Of a stretch of DNA of 64,000 nucleotides, positions 38,549 through 48,981 are shown in pieces. The notes beneath the pieces were generated by a model. The model searched no databases and was not told the DNA's origin. It was given only the letters and a program-made list of their open reading frames with translations. The position numbers and the translations under genes were made by a program. Within the stretch, counting starts at the first letter, position 1; every line of letters begins with the position of its first letter. Source of the stretch: Acidobacteriota bacterium (GTDB lineage Bacteria > Acidobacteriota > UBA6911 > RPQK01 > JAJDTT01); NCBI GenBank assembly GCA_965209055.1, contig OZ242374.1, positions 896,001 through 960,000 of the forward strand, read 5' to 3'.

Positions 38549-39559
38549 ATGAAATTCCTATCCAATCGGGTCCGTACAGATACGACACTCCGCCGCTCCG
38601 GCATCGTGGCCGCGGCGCTCCTGGTCTTCTGTCTGACCAATCCCGCCTTCGGGGAGTCTCACCATGCGGTCCGGCTGGTCAAGACCGAACCGGCTCGGGT
38701 GGACATCTACGTCGGCAAGGACCTGTTCGCCTCGTACCAATACGGCATCGGCTTTCACAAGCCGATCTTCCATCCCATGCTCAGCCCCAAGGGCCACCGG
38801 CTCCTGCGCGCGTTCCCCATGGAATTCGGGATACCCGACGAGCATTCCGACCATTGGCATCACGAAGGAATCTCGTTCACCTACGGGAACGTCAATGGTG
38901 TGGACTTCTGGTCCAAGCTGTCCGGCGGCCGGGACAAGCCCGGCAGCGGCCGCATCCGCCACACCGGCTTCACCCGGCTGGAAGACGGGGACAAGGGAGT
39001 CATGGAGACCACTTCGAACTGGATCGCGCCCTCGGGGGAGGTGGTGTTGAAACAGGACTCCCGAATGACCATCGGGGCGGGCTCCGGGTGGCGGACCCTG
39101 GACCTGAGGTTCAAGCTGACGGCCCAGGAGAATGCGGTGACTTTCAACGATACCAAGGAGGGGATGATGGCCATCCGCGTCGCCCCCAACCTGCGGGAAG
39201 ACAGGACCGGCCGCTACCTGAACGCGCAAGGTCTGGAGCTGTCGAAGGCCGTCTGGGGCAAGAGGTCTTCATGGGTGGCGTTGCGGGGATCGGTCCAGGG
39301 AGAGGACCTGACGCTGGCCATCATGAATCACCCCAAGAGCATCGAATTCCCCACCTTCTGGCACGCCCGGGGCTATGGGCTCTTCTCTGCCAACCCCTTC
39401 GGGAAAAAGGATTTCCAGAAGGGTTCCCCACCTCTGAACGTCTCCCTGGAACCGGGCGAATCGGCCCTCTTCCTCTACCGGATACTGGTGCACTCGGGGC
39501 ACCTCTCCCAGTCCCGGATGGCGGCTCGATACGAGGAATATCAAGCAACGAAACCGTGA
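38549..39559 (+). CDS. Secreted DUF6807 / PF14100-type (PmoA-named) protein
   Basis: KPIFHP, DHWHHEG, VDFW, DTKEG, WHARGYGLFSANPFG. Confidence 0.8.
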   Translation: MKFLSNRVRTDTTLRRSGIVAAALLVFCLTNPAFGESHHAVRLVKTEPARVDIYVGKDLFASYQYGIGFHKPIFHPMLSPKGHRLLRAFPMEFGIPDEHSDHWHHEGISFTYGNVNGVDFWSKLSGGRDKPGSGRIRHTGFTRLEDGDKGVMETTSNWIAPSGEVVLKQDSRMTIGAGSGWRTLDLRFKLTAQENAVTFNDTKEGMMAIRVAPNLREDRTGRYLNAQGLELSKAVWGKRSSWVALRGSVQGEDLTLAIMNHPKSIEFPTFWHARGYGLFSANPFGKKDFQKGSPPLNVSLEPGESALFLYRILVHSGHLSQSRMAARYEEYQATKP

Positions 39560-39604
39560 CGGGCGGGCGCCCCCGCACACGGCAGCTCAAGCGGCCGGGT
39601 CTTC

Positions 39605-39633
39605 TTGTCCTGCTCCAGAGGGGCCGTTATAAT
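39605..39633 (+). promoter_or_regulatory. Sigma70-type promoter of the 2-oxoacid dehydrogenase operon
   Basis: TTGTCC-N17-TATAAT, 9 nt before ATG 39643. Confidence 0.65.
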
Positions 39634-39642
39634 TCCTGACGC

Positions 39643-40743
39643 ATGCCCGGGACCATGTTCTCTATCCTTTCTCCCGACGGCGAAGTCAATTCGGAGGCCG
39701 ACATTCCGGCCCTCGGATTGGATCAGCAGCTCCATCTCTATCGGTTGATGTGCTTGAATCGGATGGTCGACGACCAGATGATCCGGCTTCAGAGGCAGGG
39801 ACGGCTGGCCTTCTACGTCGGGGCACGAGGCGAGGAGGCGGCCATCATCGGGAGCGCGTTCGCCCTGGAGCAGCGGGACTGGGCGGTCCCCTGCTACCGG
39901 GAGATGGGCGCCGCTCTGGTCAAGGGCTTTCCCCTAATCGATCTATTCTCCCAGTTTTTCGGAACTTCCCGGGACTTGACCAAGGGCCGGCAGATGCCGA
40001 ACCACTACGCCAGCTATGACTTGAGGGTAACGTCGATTTCGAGCCCTGTGGGGAGCCAGATCCCCCATGCCATCGGTCTGGCCATGGGCGCCCGTCTGGC
40101 GGGCAGGGACGACGTGGCGCTGGTCTACTTCGGCGATGGCGCCACCTCCCAAGGGGACTTTCATGTCGCCACCAACTTCGCGGGAGTCTTCAAGACTCCG
40201 ACCGTCCTTTTCTGCCGGAACAACCAGTGGGCGATTTCGGTTCCCGTAGAATCCCAGACCGCCTCCCGCAATATGGCCGTCAAGGCGGTCGCATACGGTA
40301 TCGAAGGGGTCCGGGTCGACGGAAACGATGTCTTCGCCGTCTACGACGTCACCTCGAAAGCGGTGGCGAAGGCAAGAAGGGGCGAAGGCCCGACGCTCAT
40401 CGAAGCGGTGACCTACCGCCGGGGAGGCCACTCCACCTCCGACGATCCCAATGCCTATCGGGACGTCGCCGAGGTCGAGCCCTGGGTCGAACGCGATCCG
40501 ATACTGCGGTTCCGGCTGTACTTGACCCGCCAGGGACATTGGGACGACGACAAGGAGCAGGCGCAGGAGGAGGAGATCCGCGCGCATATTCGCAGCACGC
40601 TGGAGGAGGCCTTCAGTTCCGGACCCCCTTCCCTGGACACCATCTTCGACGACGTCTACGACGAGATGCCCTGGCATCTCCGGGAGCAAATGGAGTCGGT
40701 CTGCATGCCTGAGGAGTTTCAGCCCGTCGAGCAGGGAACCTGA
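39643..40743 (+). CDS. 2-oxoacid (branched-chain/pyruvate) dehydrogenase E1 alpha
   Basis: RQGR, GRQMPNHY, TPP motif GDGATSQGDF...NNQWAIS, HSTSDDP. Confidence 0.95.
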   Translation: MPGTMFSILSPDGEVNSEADIPALGLDQQLHLYRLMCLNRMVDDQMIRLQRQGRLAFYVGARGEEAAIIGSAFALEQRDWAVPCYREMGAALVKGFPLIDLFSQFFGTSRDLTKGRQMPNHYASYDLRVTSISSPVGSQIPHAIGLAMGARLAGRDDVALVYFGDGATSQGDFHVATNFAGVFKTPTVLFCRNNQWAISVPVESQTASRNMAVKAVAYGIEGVRVDGNDVFAVYDVTSKAVAKARRGEGPTLIEAVTYRRGGHSTSDDPNAYRDVAEVEPWVERDPILRFRLYLTRQGHWDDDKEQAQEEEIRAHIRSTLEEAFSSGPPSLDTIFDDVYDEMPWHLREQMESVCMPEEFQPVEQGT

Positions 40744-40764
40744 CCCACTTCCGCGAAAAACCAG

Positions 40765-41742
40765 ATGCCGATTCGGAACATCATCCAGGCAGTCAACGAC
40801 GGTCTGCGCACCGAGATGCGTCGCGACCCCAGCGTGGTGGTTCTGGGTGAAGACGTAGGGCATTTCGGCGGGGTCTTCCGCGCCACCCAGGGCCTCCAGA
40901 AAGAGTTCGGGGATCAACGGGTATTCGACACGCCGCTGGCCGAGTCGGGCATCATCGGGACCGCCATCGGCATGGCCATGTACGGTTTTCGGCCGGTTCC
41001 CGAGGTTCAATTCGCGGACTTCATCTACCCCGCCTTCGACCAGATCGTCAACGAATTGGCCAAGATGCGGTACCGTTCCGGCGGCCAGTACACGTGTCCC
41101 ATGGTGATCCGCACTCCCTATGGCGGAGGCATCCGGGGAGGGCACTACCACTCCCAGAGTCCGGAAGCCTATTTCGTCCATACTCCCGGTCTCAAGGTGG
41201 TGGTGCCGGCGACTCCCTACGATGCCAAGGGACTTCTGATTTCGGCGATCCGGGATGACAATCCGGTCATCTTCCTGGAACCGAAGCGAGTCTATCGGGC
41301 GGCCCGGGGCGAAGTTCCGGACGGCGACTACACCGTGGAACTGGGCCAGGCCAGCGTCGTTCGGGAGGGTCTGGACGTGACTGTCGCGGCCTACGGCGCC
41401 ATGCTCCACAACTGCCTTGAGGCGGCCGAACAATCGGAAGAGGAAGAAGGGATCTCCTGCGAAGTGGTGGACCTGAGAACCCTGATGCCCTTCGACGTCG
41501 AGACGGTCTTGAGTTCGGTCCGGAAGACGGGCCGCCTGGTCATTGTCCACGAGGCCCCCCGGACCTGTGGGTTCGGCGCGGAGCTGGCGGCGACGGTCGG
41601 GGAGAAGGCGTTGCTGCACCTGCAGGCCCCGGTGACGCGGATCACCGGTTTCGACACCCCCTTCCCTTATGCTCGCGAAGAAGACTACCTGCCCGGGATC
41701 GAAAGAATCCGAAATGGCTTCCGCGAGATCGTCGAATTCTGA
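40765..41742 (+). CDS. 2-oxoacid dehydrogenase E1 beta
   Basis: GEDVG..GGVFR, DTPLAE, EVQFADF, HSQSPE. Confidence 0.95.
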   Translation: MPIRNIIQAVNDGLRTEMRRDPSVVVLGEDVGHFGGVFRATQGLQKEFGDQRVFDTPLAESGIIGTAIGMAMYGFRPVPEVQFADFIYPAFDQIVNELAKMRYRSGGQYTCPMVIRTPYGGGIRGGHYHSQSPEAYFVHTPGLKVVVPATPYDAKGLLISAIRDDNPVIFLEPKRVYRAARGEVPDGDYTVELGQASVVREGLDVTVAAYGAMLHNCLEAAEQSEEEEGISCEVVDLRTLMPFDVETVLSSVRKTGRLVIVHEAPRTCGFGAELAATVGEKALLHLQAPVTRITGFDTPFPYAREEDYLPGIERIRNGFREIVEF

Positions 41743-41752
41743 GTAGAGCCCT

Positions 41753-42928
41753 ATGCCGTACCAATTCAGGCTGCCCGATATCGGCGAAGGCATCGTGGAA
41801 GGCGAGGTGGTTCGCTGGCTGGTTCGGATCGGCGACGAGATCGAAGAGGATCAGCCCATGGTGGAGGTCATGACCGACAAGGCCACCGTCGAGATCCCGT
41901 CACCCGTCAAGGGCCGCGTCGTGGAGCAGGGAGGCAATGAAGGAGACGTGGTCCAGGTCGGATCCGTGCTCGTGGTGATCGAGACCGGCAAGGAGGAAGC
42001 CGAGTCTCAGCCGGTCCACACCGCGTCTCATACACCCACTCACAGGCCACCGATCCGGCGGCGGCGAAAAACGGCTCGGATCCTGGCGACCCCGGCCATC
42101 CGGCGCCTGGCCAAACAGATGAAGATCGACCTGGAAGGGGTCAAGGGCACCGGTCCGGGCGGACGGATCACGAGGGAGGACCTGACCCGGGCCCAGGCGC
42201 CTGCGCCGGTCTCTCCGGCCGTGCCGGCCGCAGCCGGGCCCACCGAACGGATTCCCTACCGGGGGATCCGGCGGCGGATCGGCGACCATATGCTCCAGGC
42301 CTCCAACCACGCCCCCCATTTCACCTATGTGGAAGAGGTGGACGTGACCGAGTTGGTCCGGATGCGCCAAAGGGCGCAAGGCAGCGAGGAATTCCAGGGA
42401 GTCCGTCTCACCTTTCTGCCCTATATCCTGAAGGCGTTGGCCCACGAGCTGAAACGGCATCCCGATCTGAACGCCCGTCTGGACCTGGATGCGGGGGAGA
42501 TCGAACTCCGGAAGTATTACAACATCGGCGTCGCCACCCAGACGGAAGAAGGGCTCATGGTTCCGGTGATCCGGAACGTGGACCGGAAGAGCCTGCCGGA
42601 ACTGGCCCGGGAGATCTCCCGGATCTCGCAACTGGCCCGTGAAGGGAACCTGAAGCTGGAGCACCTGCAGGGAAGCACCTTCACCGTGACCAGCCTGGGC
42701 GCCCTGGGAGGCATTGTCGCAACGCCCATCGTCAACTATCCCGAAGTGGCCATCCTGGGGGTTCACAAGATCGCACCCCGGCCGGTCGTGCGCTCGGGCC
42801 GGATCGTGATTCGGGAAATCATGCATCTCAGCCTGTCTCAGGACCACCGGGTGGTGGACGGCGCCGTCGGCGCCCGGTTTCTGCAAGACGTGATCGCCCG
42901 CCTGGAATCCCCCGAGACCGGCCTTTGA
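41753..42928 (+). CDS. Dihydrolipoamide acyltransferase E2
   Basis: Lipoyl site TDKA, E3-binding ATPAIRRLA..GTGPGGRI, catalytic DHRVVDG. Confidence 0.95.
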   Translation: MPYQFRLPDIGEGIVEGEVVRWLVRIGDEIEEDQPMVEVMTDKATVEIPSPVKGRVVEQGGNEGDVVQVGSVLVVIETGKEEAESQPVHTASHTPTHRPPIRRRRKTARILATPAIRRLAKQMKIDLEGVKGTGPGGRITREDLTRAQAPAPVSPAVPAAAGPTERIPYRGIRRRIGDHMLQASNHAPHFTYVEEVDVTELVRMRQRAQGSEEFQGVRLTFLPYILKALAHELKRHPDLNARLDLDAGEIELRKYYNIGVATQTEEGLMVPVIRNVDRKSLPELAREISRISQLAREGNLKLEHLQGSTFTVTSLGALGGIVATPIVNYPEVAILGVHKIAPRPVVRSGRIVIREIMHLSLSQDHRVVDGAVGARFLQDVIARLESPETGL

Positions 42929-42948
42929 ACCGGAGCCTCCATCGCCCT

Positions 42949-44115
42949 ATGGACGAACTGACGAGACGTTCCCTGCTCCAATACGCATGCGGCGCGACGG
43001 CCGCGGGCGTGGTGGCCGGACCCGCCGGGGCCGAGGCGCAGGGCCTTGCCGGTGGATTGACGGGGGCGTCACTTTCGGCTCCGGGAACCGCTGCGGATTC
43101 CTATCGGGTGGTTCCGGAAGAAGAGGGCAGCCGGCGTTACGGCATGGTGGACGACCTGTTTAGTCACATCCGGGACCGCTCCGACGTCAAACGGGAAATC
43201 CTCTACTGGCTCACCGACGGCCGGTCCTCATTCCTGGGCGCGACCAACCGGTTCCAGTTCGTGGAGCCCATCATCCGGCCCCTGTACCGGCAGGCGGGCA
43301 TTCCGCTGGAGTTCGGATACGGACTGGGATTGCAGGAGAGCCTCTACCGCAACTACAGCGTCTCCTACGCCAACGCCAAGGGCATCTGGCAGATGCAGTG
43401 GGCGGGCCGCCGATACGGTCTGAGGGGAGGAGACTATTTCGACGTCGTCAAATCCACTCAGAAGCAGTTGGAGTACCTCCGCGACCTGGTGAAGGTTTTC
43501 TCCTGGAACCTGGAGCTGGTGCTGGTGGACTACAACTATGGGCCCGGCCACAAGTTTGCCCGCTACAGCTCCAACCCCAATGCGTTTCGCAGGATCGCCA
43601 GCCGGCTCCCACGCGAGACCCGCCGCTACGTCCCGCGAGTCCTGGCCGCCACGGCCATGGGCATGGCACCCGAGCGATTCGGACTCGACATTCCCCGGCT
43701 GGACCCGCGAACGGTGACGATCCCGCTGGAACGCAGCCTCCACCATCTGGAGTTGGGGCTGCTGCTGGGCACCGACCATTGGAACCTGGGCAACCTGAAT
43801 CCCCGGGACAGTATCCGGGTCTGGTTCAAGGAGGGGGAGGAGGTGACCATTCCCCGGATCTTCCAGGAAACCTACCCGGAGCGCATCGAGAAACACCCGC
43901 TCCGCGAGGAATTCCACGGCTTCGTGGCCAACGTCTATCCGGCCCCGGGACAGGCCATCGAGTACCGGGTCCAGAGTGGCGACTCCCTCTTCAGAATCTC
44001 CAGGCGCTTCAAGCATTGCGGAGTGGAAGGGCCGAATCAGATCATGCTCTACAACGGCCTGAACAGCACCGTGATCCGTCCCGGCCAGAAGCTGCTCATT
44101 CCCTGCGCAGACTGA
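42949..44115 (+). CDS. MltD-like lytic transglycosylase with C-terminal LysM; Tat-like signal
   Basis: TRRSLLQ; QES catalytic Glu, AKGIWQ, YNYG, ETRRYVPRV; LysM YRVQSGDSLFRIS...IRPGQKL. Confidence 0.88.
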   Translation: MDELTRRSLLQYACGATAAGVVAGPAGAEAQGLAGGLTGASLSAPGTAADSYRVVPEEEGSRRYGMVDDLFSHIRDRSDVKREILYWLTDGRSSFLGATNRFQFVEPIIRPLYRQAGIPLEFGYGLGLQESLYRNYSVSYANAKGIWQMQWAGRRYGLRGGDYFDVVKSTQKQLEYLRDLVKVFSWNLELVLVDYNYGPGHKFARYSSNPNAFRRIASRLPRETRRYVPRVLAATAMGMAPERFGLDIPRLDPRTVTIPLERSLHHLELGLLLGTDHWNLGNLNPRDSIRVWFKEGEEVTIPRIFQETYPERIEKHPLREEFHGFVANVYPAPGQAIEYRVQSGDSLFRISRRFKHCGVEGPNQIMLYNGLNSTVIRPGQKLLIPCAD

Positions 44116-44125
44116 AGCGGCAGGA

Positions 44126-46906
44126 TCACGGCCGCCGGCTCCAGTTCATCTCCACCTTCACCCGGGCACCCTGAGGAGCGCCCGAACCCGGTCTCACCAG
44201 TCGAAATCCGAATCCTGCAGTGGGAACCCGGGCGCTGCCGAAGGGGAGGTGCGGGTTCAGATAGCGGGCGGGGTCGGAGTCGCTGAACTCGTGGAGGGCG
44301 GGAAAGTCGACGCCGTCGAAGGGGACCATCTGCCCCTTTTCCTCCCGATAGAGGACGATCCCATCCCGGAACGGCTCCAGGGCGAAAGGCGCGTCCGCCG
44401 AGTGATTGTGGCGGAGCAACCGGTCGTAGAGCCGGTAGGTCAGACGGTTCTTCCGTAGACGAATATCGACCAGGTTGGTGGTTCCACGGTAAGGGCTCCG
44501 GTCCGGTCCCGGCAACAACTCGTTGTAGAGCGTGTAGCCGTAGATCAGTTTCTTGTCCCCGAACCGGAGACGTTCCAGAGGCGGCCCGTCCTCCGCCTGG
44601 CGGCACGCTTCCCGGTCGCTCGCGGGCAGGTCGGGGGGAAAGTACTCCGGACGGCGCTGGAAACAGAGCACATCCAGGTAGTTCCGGCGCAGCCACTCCT
44701 GGGCCTTCTCGTCGAACTCATAGTAGCTTCGATCCTTCTCCCGCTTGAAATACCGCTCCGGCACGGCCGGATACCGGTACTCCTGGGGAATCGAGTCCAC
44801 GACCAGGAGAAAACCCTGGCCGGGACCCTGCATGGAGGGTTCGTTCTGGCTCCAGAGAAAAGAGCCGTTGGCATACCAGAGCACCACCCCGGACCGGTAG
44901 CGGACATCGAAGGCCCGGAACTCGCCGCTTTCCGGATCCCGATAAAATATCTGCGACTCGCGGCGCAATGTGCTGTCGTAGTTGAAAACCGATTCGAAGT
45001 CCTGCCACGGGTCCCGGTACTCCAGCACGTAGAAATGGGGGACCGGGAGCCGGTGGACGCCTCCCGAAAGGCTGAATCCTTCCACCTCCCATCCGGTCAG
45101 GCCTGAACTTTCGAAATCTTCGGAGAAACCCACGGCCTCAAGCTTGAGGTTGTCGATGAGGGCTCCCGCCTCCACCGCGGCCATGTCGGTGAAGTAGTGG
45201 AAGCGGATCTCGACCTTCTTGCCCCGGTAGGCCGACAGGTCGAAGCGGGCGCGTATCCATTGCCCGATCTCGCACGGGTCTTTCTCTCCCCCCACCCGGT
45301 CCTCGGCCAACTGCTTGGGACGGGACGGATCGCACCCGGGCGCCGATTCCACCTTGCCGTCGGCGTCCAGATCGCCGCTGCGGCCCGTGAAGCCGGGGAG
45401 GGTGCCGTCGCCGTCATGACCCTTTCGGGACGGCATGATGCTCTGGGAGTCCTCCGCCGAGTCCTTGTCCGTAGGGAGAAGGCGCCGGTAGTTCAAACCG
45501 TCGGTGGAAGCCTCAATGTAGAGATAGTCGTAGTCTCCCTCGATCTCGAACCAGAGGTCGAACTCCAGGACGGGCTTTTCCCCGACCCCGGTCAGATCGA
45601 ACGTCCGGGAGAGGTATCGATTCATCTCGTTTCCCTGCCCCGTGTAGACGGCCTGCCGCTGTTGGCGGGAGGTCAGAGGCCCCAGGTCCAACGACCGGAC
45701 CTTGGGGGGAAGGATCACCATGACGGCGTCGCACAGCCCTGGGGGACGGCTCCCTCCAGGCGTGCCGGACCAGTCGTTCATGGTCTTGAGGTGAAACGAA
45801 CGGCTCCCGGCTCCCCCGAACTCCGGGGGCCGAAGCACGCAGGGCGCCAGCCACCCCAGCATCATCCGGGACCAGGCGCTCAGCTCCTGCGGATACCTTC
45901 CCGCCGTGCTGCTCATGGCGTCCCAGGCCGCGGTGGAGTTGTTGGTCCGGCGGGCGTAGATGTCCGGCAGTCCCAGGGAATGGCCGAATTCGTGGATGAA
46001 GGTGGAGACGGAGGTGTACTCGGACTGCATGTTGTAGTCGTAGACCCAGAGTCCCTCGCGAACCCGAATCCCGCCGCGGTCGTTGGTGATGCCCTCCAAC
46101 GCCGGACCCCGGCCCAGATTCTTGCTCAGGGCGTAACGGTGGGGCCAGATCCGGTCGGCGCACTCCCGCTCCCGGGGGCTGAGCCGGTTCACCAGGTCGG
46201 CGGGCGCGTTTGCGGTGAATTTCTCCGAGAGCTTGTAGAGGCCCTGGCACGAGGACTGGCCCTTCCCGGCGTAGACCAGGACGAAGTGGTCGATGTAGCC
46301 GTCCGGTTCTTCCGAGACCCCGTCGCCGTCGTAGTCGGTGGGGTCCCAGACGTCGAAGTCCCCCCAGGGGAAGTCGGGACGGGCCGCATAGGCGGCGCGG
46401 AAGGCGTCTTCCACCAGGCTCTCGGGCGAGTTGTCGTTCCGCCATTCCCCGTCCGAGAGGCGGGAGGGACGGCCGTAGTGGGAGAGCGGTTTGTCCACGG
46501 TGACCAGGGAAAAGACCGTCCCGGTCACGAAGAACCTCCCCCGCGACTGGTGATGGTAGTAGTGGGTCAGGGTCTTCCTGCGGGGCTGCCGGAGATTTTC
46601 CGAGAAGAGCAACTCCTGCAGGTAACGGCGGTTCTTCTCCTCGGGGTCCGGTTCCCCCCGGAAGCGCTCGAAACGGAGGTCGGAGAACTGGACCGGGATG
46701 ATGAGCAGCCGGTGAGGCCGTTCGGGACTGCTGCGTATCGGACGAACGGAGTCGGTTTGAATCTGGGGATGCCCGAGCTGATCAAACCGCAGATGGGCCA
46801 GGGACTCGACGATGGCCGCCGGGTCCTTGTCGGCTCCCCGCAGCGGCGAGCCCGTGAGGACCAGGTACAGCCCGAACAAAAGGATCAACGGCATGGCGCC
46901 TCCCAA
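44126..46906 (-). CDS. Immune inhibitor A-like M6 metalloprotease, secreted
   Basis: HEFGHSLGLPD zinc motif, DGYIDH, IWPHR, AWSRMMLGW. Confidence 0.9.
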   Translation of the reverse strand: MGGAMPLILLFGLYLVLTGSPLRGADKDPAAIVESLAHLRFDQLGHPQIQTDSVRPIRSSPERPHRLLIIPVQFSDLRFERFRGEPDPEEKNRRYLQELLFSENLRQPRRKTLTHYYHHQSRGRFFVTGTVFSLVTVDKPLSHYGRPSRLSDGEWRNDNSPESLVEDAFRAAYAARPDFPWGDFDVWDPTDYDGDGVSEEPDGYIDHFVLVYAGKGQSSCQGLYKLSEKFTANAPADLVNRLSPRERECADRIWPHRYALSKNLGRGPALEGITNDRGGIRVREGLWVYDYNMQSEYTSVSTFIHEFGHSLGLPDIYARRTNNSTAAWDAMSSTAGRYPQELSAWSRMMLGWLAPCVLRPPEFGGAGSRSFHLKTMNDWSGTPGGSRPPGLCDAVMVILPPKVRSLDLGPLTSRQQRQAVYTGQGNEMNRYLSRTFDLTGVGEKPVLEFDLWFEIEGDYDYLYIEASTDGLNYRRLLPTDKDSAEDSQSIMPSRKGHDGDGTLPGFTGRSGDLDADGKVESAPGCDPSRPKQLAEDRVGGEKDPCEIGQWIRARFDLSAYRGKKVEIRFHYFTDMAAVEAGALIDNLKLEAVGFSEDFESSGLTGWEVEGFSLSGGVHRLPVPHFYVLEYRDPWQDFESVFNYDSTLRRESQIFYRDPESGEFRAFDVRYRSGVVLWYANGSFLWSQNEPSMQGPGQGFLLVVDSIPQEYRYPAVPERYFKREKDRSYYEFDEKAQEWLRRNYLDVLCFQRRPEYFPPDLPASDREACRQAEDGPPLERLRFGDKKLIYGYTLYNELLPGPDRSPYRGTTNLVDIRLRKNRLTYRLYDRLLRHNHSADAPFALEPFRDGIVLYREEKGQMVPFDGVDFPALHEFSDSDPARYLNPHLPFGSARVPTAGFGFRLVRPGSGAPQGARVKVEMNWSRRP

Positions 46907-47042
46907 ACAGTTTCGGTCGGTTGAAAGGGGGAGTTTAGCAGTCCGGGTGAAGTGCAGTCACCGCGTGCGACTTTCCCCGCGGACTGTTAATCTCGGCGGA
47001 AATCGTAGCGCCGTAAACGGAATCCGGGTGGAGGACCCTGTC

Positions 47043-48944
47043 ATGAAGAAGGTTCGTATTCTCTGTTGCCTGCTTTGGATCTCCTGGCACGGCCAGGGGC
47101 AGGCCGGGACCCGCATCGAGATCTCGACTCCCATGCCGCCGCCGGCCTGGGCGTTGCTGGAACGGCAGCTTCTGGACGCCAACGCCGCGGCCGTCGAGGA
47201 GTTCTACACGACCTACCACGACGACCGGGGCTACCTGCTGCACACACCGCGCTGGGGGACTCTGGACGGCACCGACGATGCCATCGAATGCTACGCCAAC
47301 TGGACGCTGCTGCACATGCTGGGCGCGTCCGACCTGGTGCTGAACCGCTACAAGCAGGGTCTTGAGGGTCACCTCCTCCAATACAAGGAGTTGAAGACCG
47401 TCAAGACGACCGTCGCCGCCGAGGGAGCCTACTACAAGGAATTCCTGCCCATGTCCGACTGGCACCACACCGGCGAGGGCATGCAGGGCTTCATGAACCA
47501 GGGCTTGTCCGACCCCAACGACCGTTCCTTCCAAACGCGGATGCGCCGGTTCGCCGGCATGTACATGGGCGAGGATCCGGATGCTCCCAACTACGACCCC
47601 GAACACAAGGTCATTCGCAGCATCTGGAACGGCAGCCGGGGAGCCATGATCCGGCGCGCGACCCGCTACGACTGGGTGGGCGACCCCTTCAAGGGGCGCT
47701 ATCACATCCTGCACAGCGCGGGCGGCCGCGAGCAGATGCTGGACGCCGAAGAGTCCTACCCCGAGATGCTGGCCCACTGCGCCGAGTACCTGCACAGCGC
47801 CGGCGACCACCCCTTGAACCTGATCGCGACTCAACTGCACCTGAATGCCTACGCCATCGCCCACGAAGACAAGTACAAGAAATGGCTGGTGGAATACGTG
47901 GACGCGTGGAAGGAGCGGACGGAGAAGAACGGGGGCAACATTCCCTCCAACATCGGTCTGGACGGGAGCATCGGAGGAGAGACGGACGGCCAATGGTTCG
48001 GCGGAACCTACGGCTGGGACTTCTCCCCCTGGTCTCCCGAGCACAAGGTGGTGGCGCATCGGAACATGTTCGCCAAGGGCATGTGGCCGGGGTTCGGAAA
48101 CGCCCTGATGATCACGGGGGACCAGAAATACGTGGACGTCCTGCGCCGTCAGATGGACAACATCTACCGCCAGAAGAAGGTGGTGGACGGCAAGATTCAG
48201 GTTCCCAACAACTACGGCGTCAAGGGACCCAAGACCCAGCCGCCCATCTTCACGACCGTCGACGGCAAGCTCTATTGGGAGGAGCGGGAAACCAGCGAAC
48301 CGGGTTGGTACAACTGGAGCTCGCACCGTTTCGTGAACGAGCTCATCGACATCTACCTCTGGTCCATGAACCGGGACGACCTGGAACACATTCCCATGAC
48401 CGGCTGGATCGCGTTCCTGGAAGGCAAGGACCCGGACTATCCGGAAAAAGCGCTCCGCCGGGAGCTGTCCTTCATCCGGGAGAAGATCCAGGGTATTCGC
48501 AGCGATCTCACCACACCCGACACCCGGCTGGCCGACTGGCCGCTGGGGTTCAATCCGGCTGCTCCCTTCGAGTTGACCCGGCTCATGCTGGGCGGCCACC
48601 TGTACGGCAAGATCTACGTTCCACACACCCGGGTCCGCTATTTCGATCCGGAGCAAAGACGGGCCGGGATTCCACCCGACGTGGGATCCCTGGTGACGGA
48701 ACTGAAGCCGGACAGCGTTCGCCTGGTGCTGGTCAACCTGAACCCGGTCCACGGGCGCGAGTTGATCCTGCAGACCGGGGCCTACGGGGAGCACGAGTGT
48801 GTGGGAGTCCGGATCGGCGACCAGGAATGGACGGTGGGTGGCCGGTATTTTCACGTCAGCCTGGCCCCGGGAGCGGGGGCGGAGCTGACCATCAGCATGC
48901 GCCGTTACGCCAATCCGCCGACTCTGAGCTTTCCCTGGCATTGA
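47043..48944 (+). CDS. Secreted hypothetical protein
   Basis: GGAGG RBS, signal peptide, typical codon usage; DDAIE, DWHHTGE, RVRYFDP..RRAGIP motifs; function not recognised. Confidence 0.8.
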   Translation: MKKVRILCCLLWISWHGQGQAGTRIEISTPMPPPAWALLERQLLDANAAAVEEFYTTYHDDRGYLLHTPRWGTLDGTDDAIECYANWTLLHMLGASDLVLNRYKQGLEGHLLQYKELKTVKTTVAAEGAYYKEFLPMSDWHHTGEGMQGFMNQGLSDPNDRSFQTRMRRFAGMYMGEDPDAPNYDPEHKVIRSIWNGSRGAMIRRATRYDWVGDPFKGRYHILHSAGGREQMLDAEESYPEMLAHCAEYLHSAGDHPLNLIATQLHLNAYAIAHEDKYKKWLVEYVDAWKERTEKNGGNIPSNIGLDGSIGGETDGQWFGGTYGWDFSPWSPEHKVVAHRNMFAKGMWPGFGNALMITGDQKYVDVLRRQMDNIYRQKKVVDGKIQVPNNYGVKGPKTQPPIFTTVDGKLYWEERETSEPGWYNWSSHRFVNELIDIYLWSMNRDDLEHIPMTGWIAFLEGKDPDYPEKALRRELSFIREKIQGIRSDLTTPDTRLADWPLGFNPAAPFELTRLMLGGHLYGKIYVPHTRVRYFDPEQRRAGIPPDVGSLVTELKPDSVRLVLVNLNPVHGRELILQTGAYGEHECVGVRIGDQEWTVGGRYFHVSLAPGAGAELTISMRRYANPPTLSFPWH

Positions 48945-48981
48945 AGCCGACGGTCCGTTTCCGCGGAAGCCGCTTCGCCGC

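Noticed and set aside
38549-39559. Particulate methane monooxygenase
   Set aside because: It is a soluble secreted protein of the misleadingly named PF14100-type family, with no multi-TM profile and no pmoC/pmoB.
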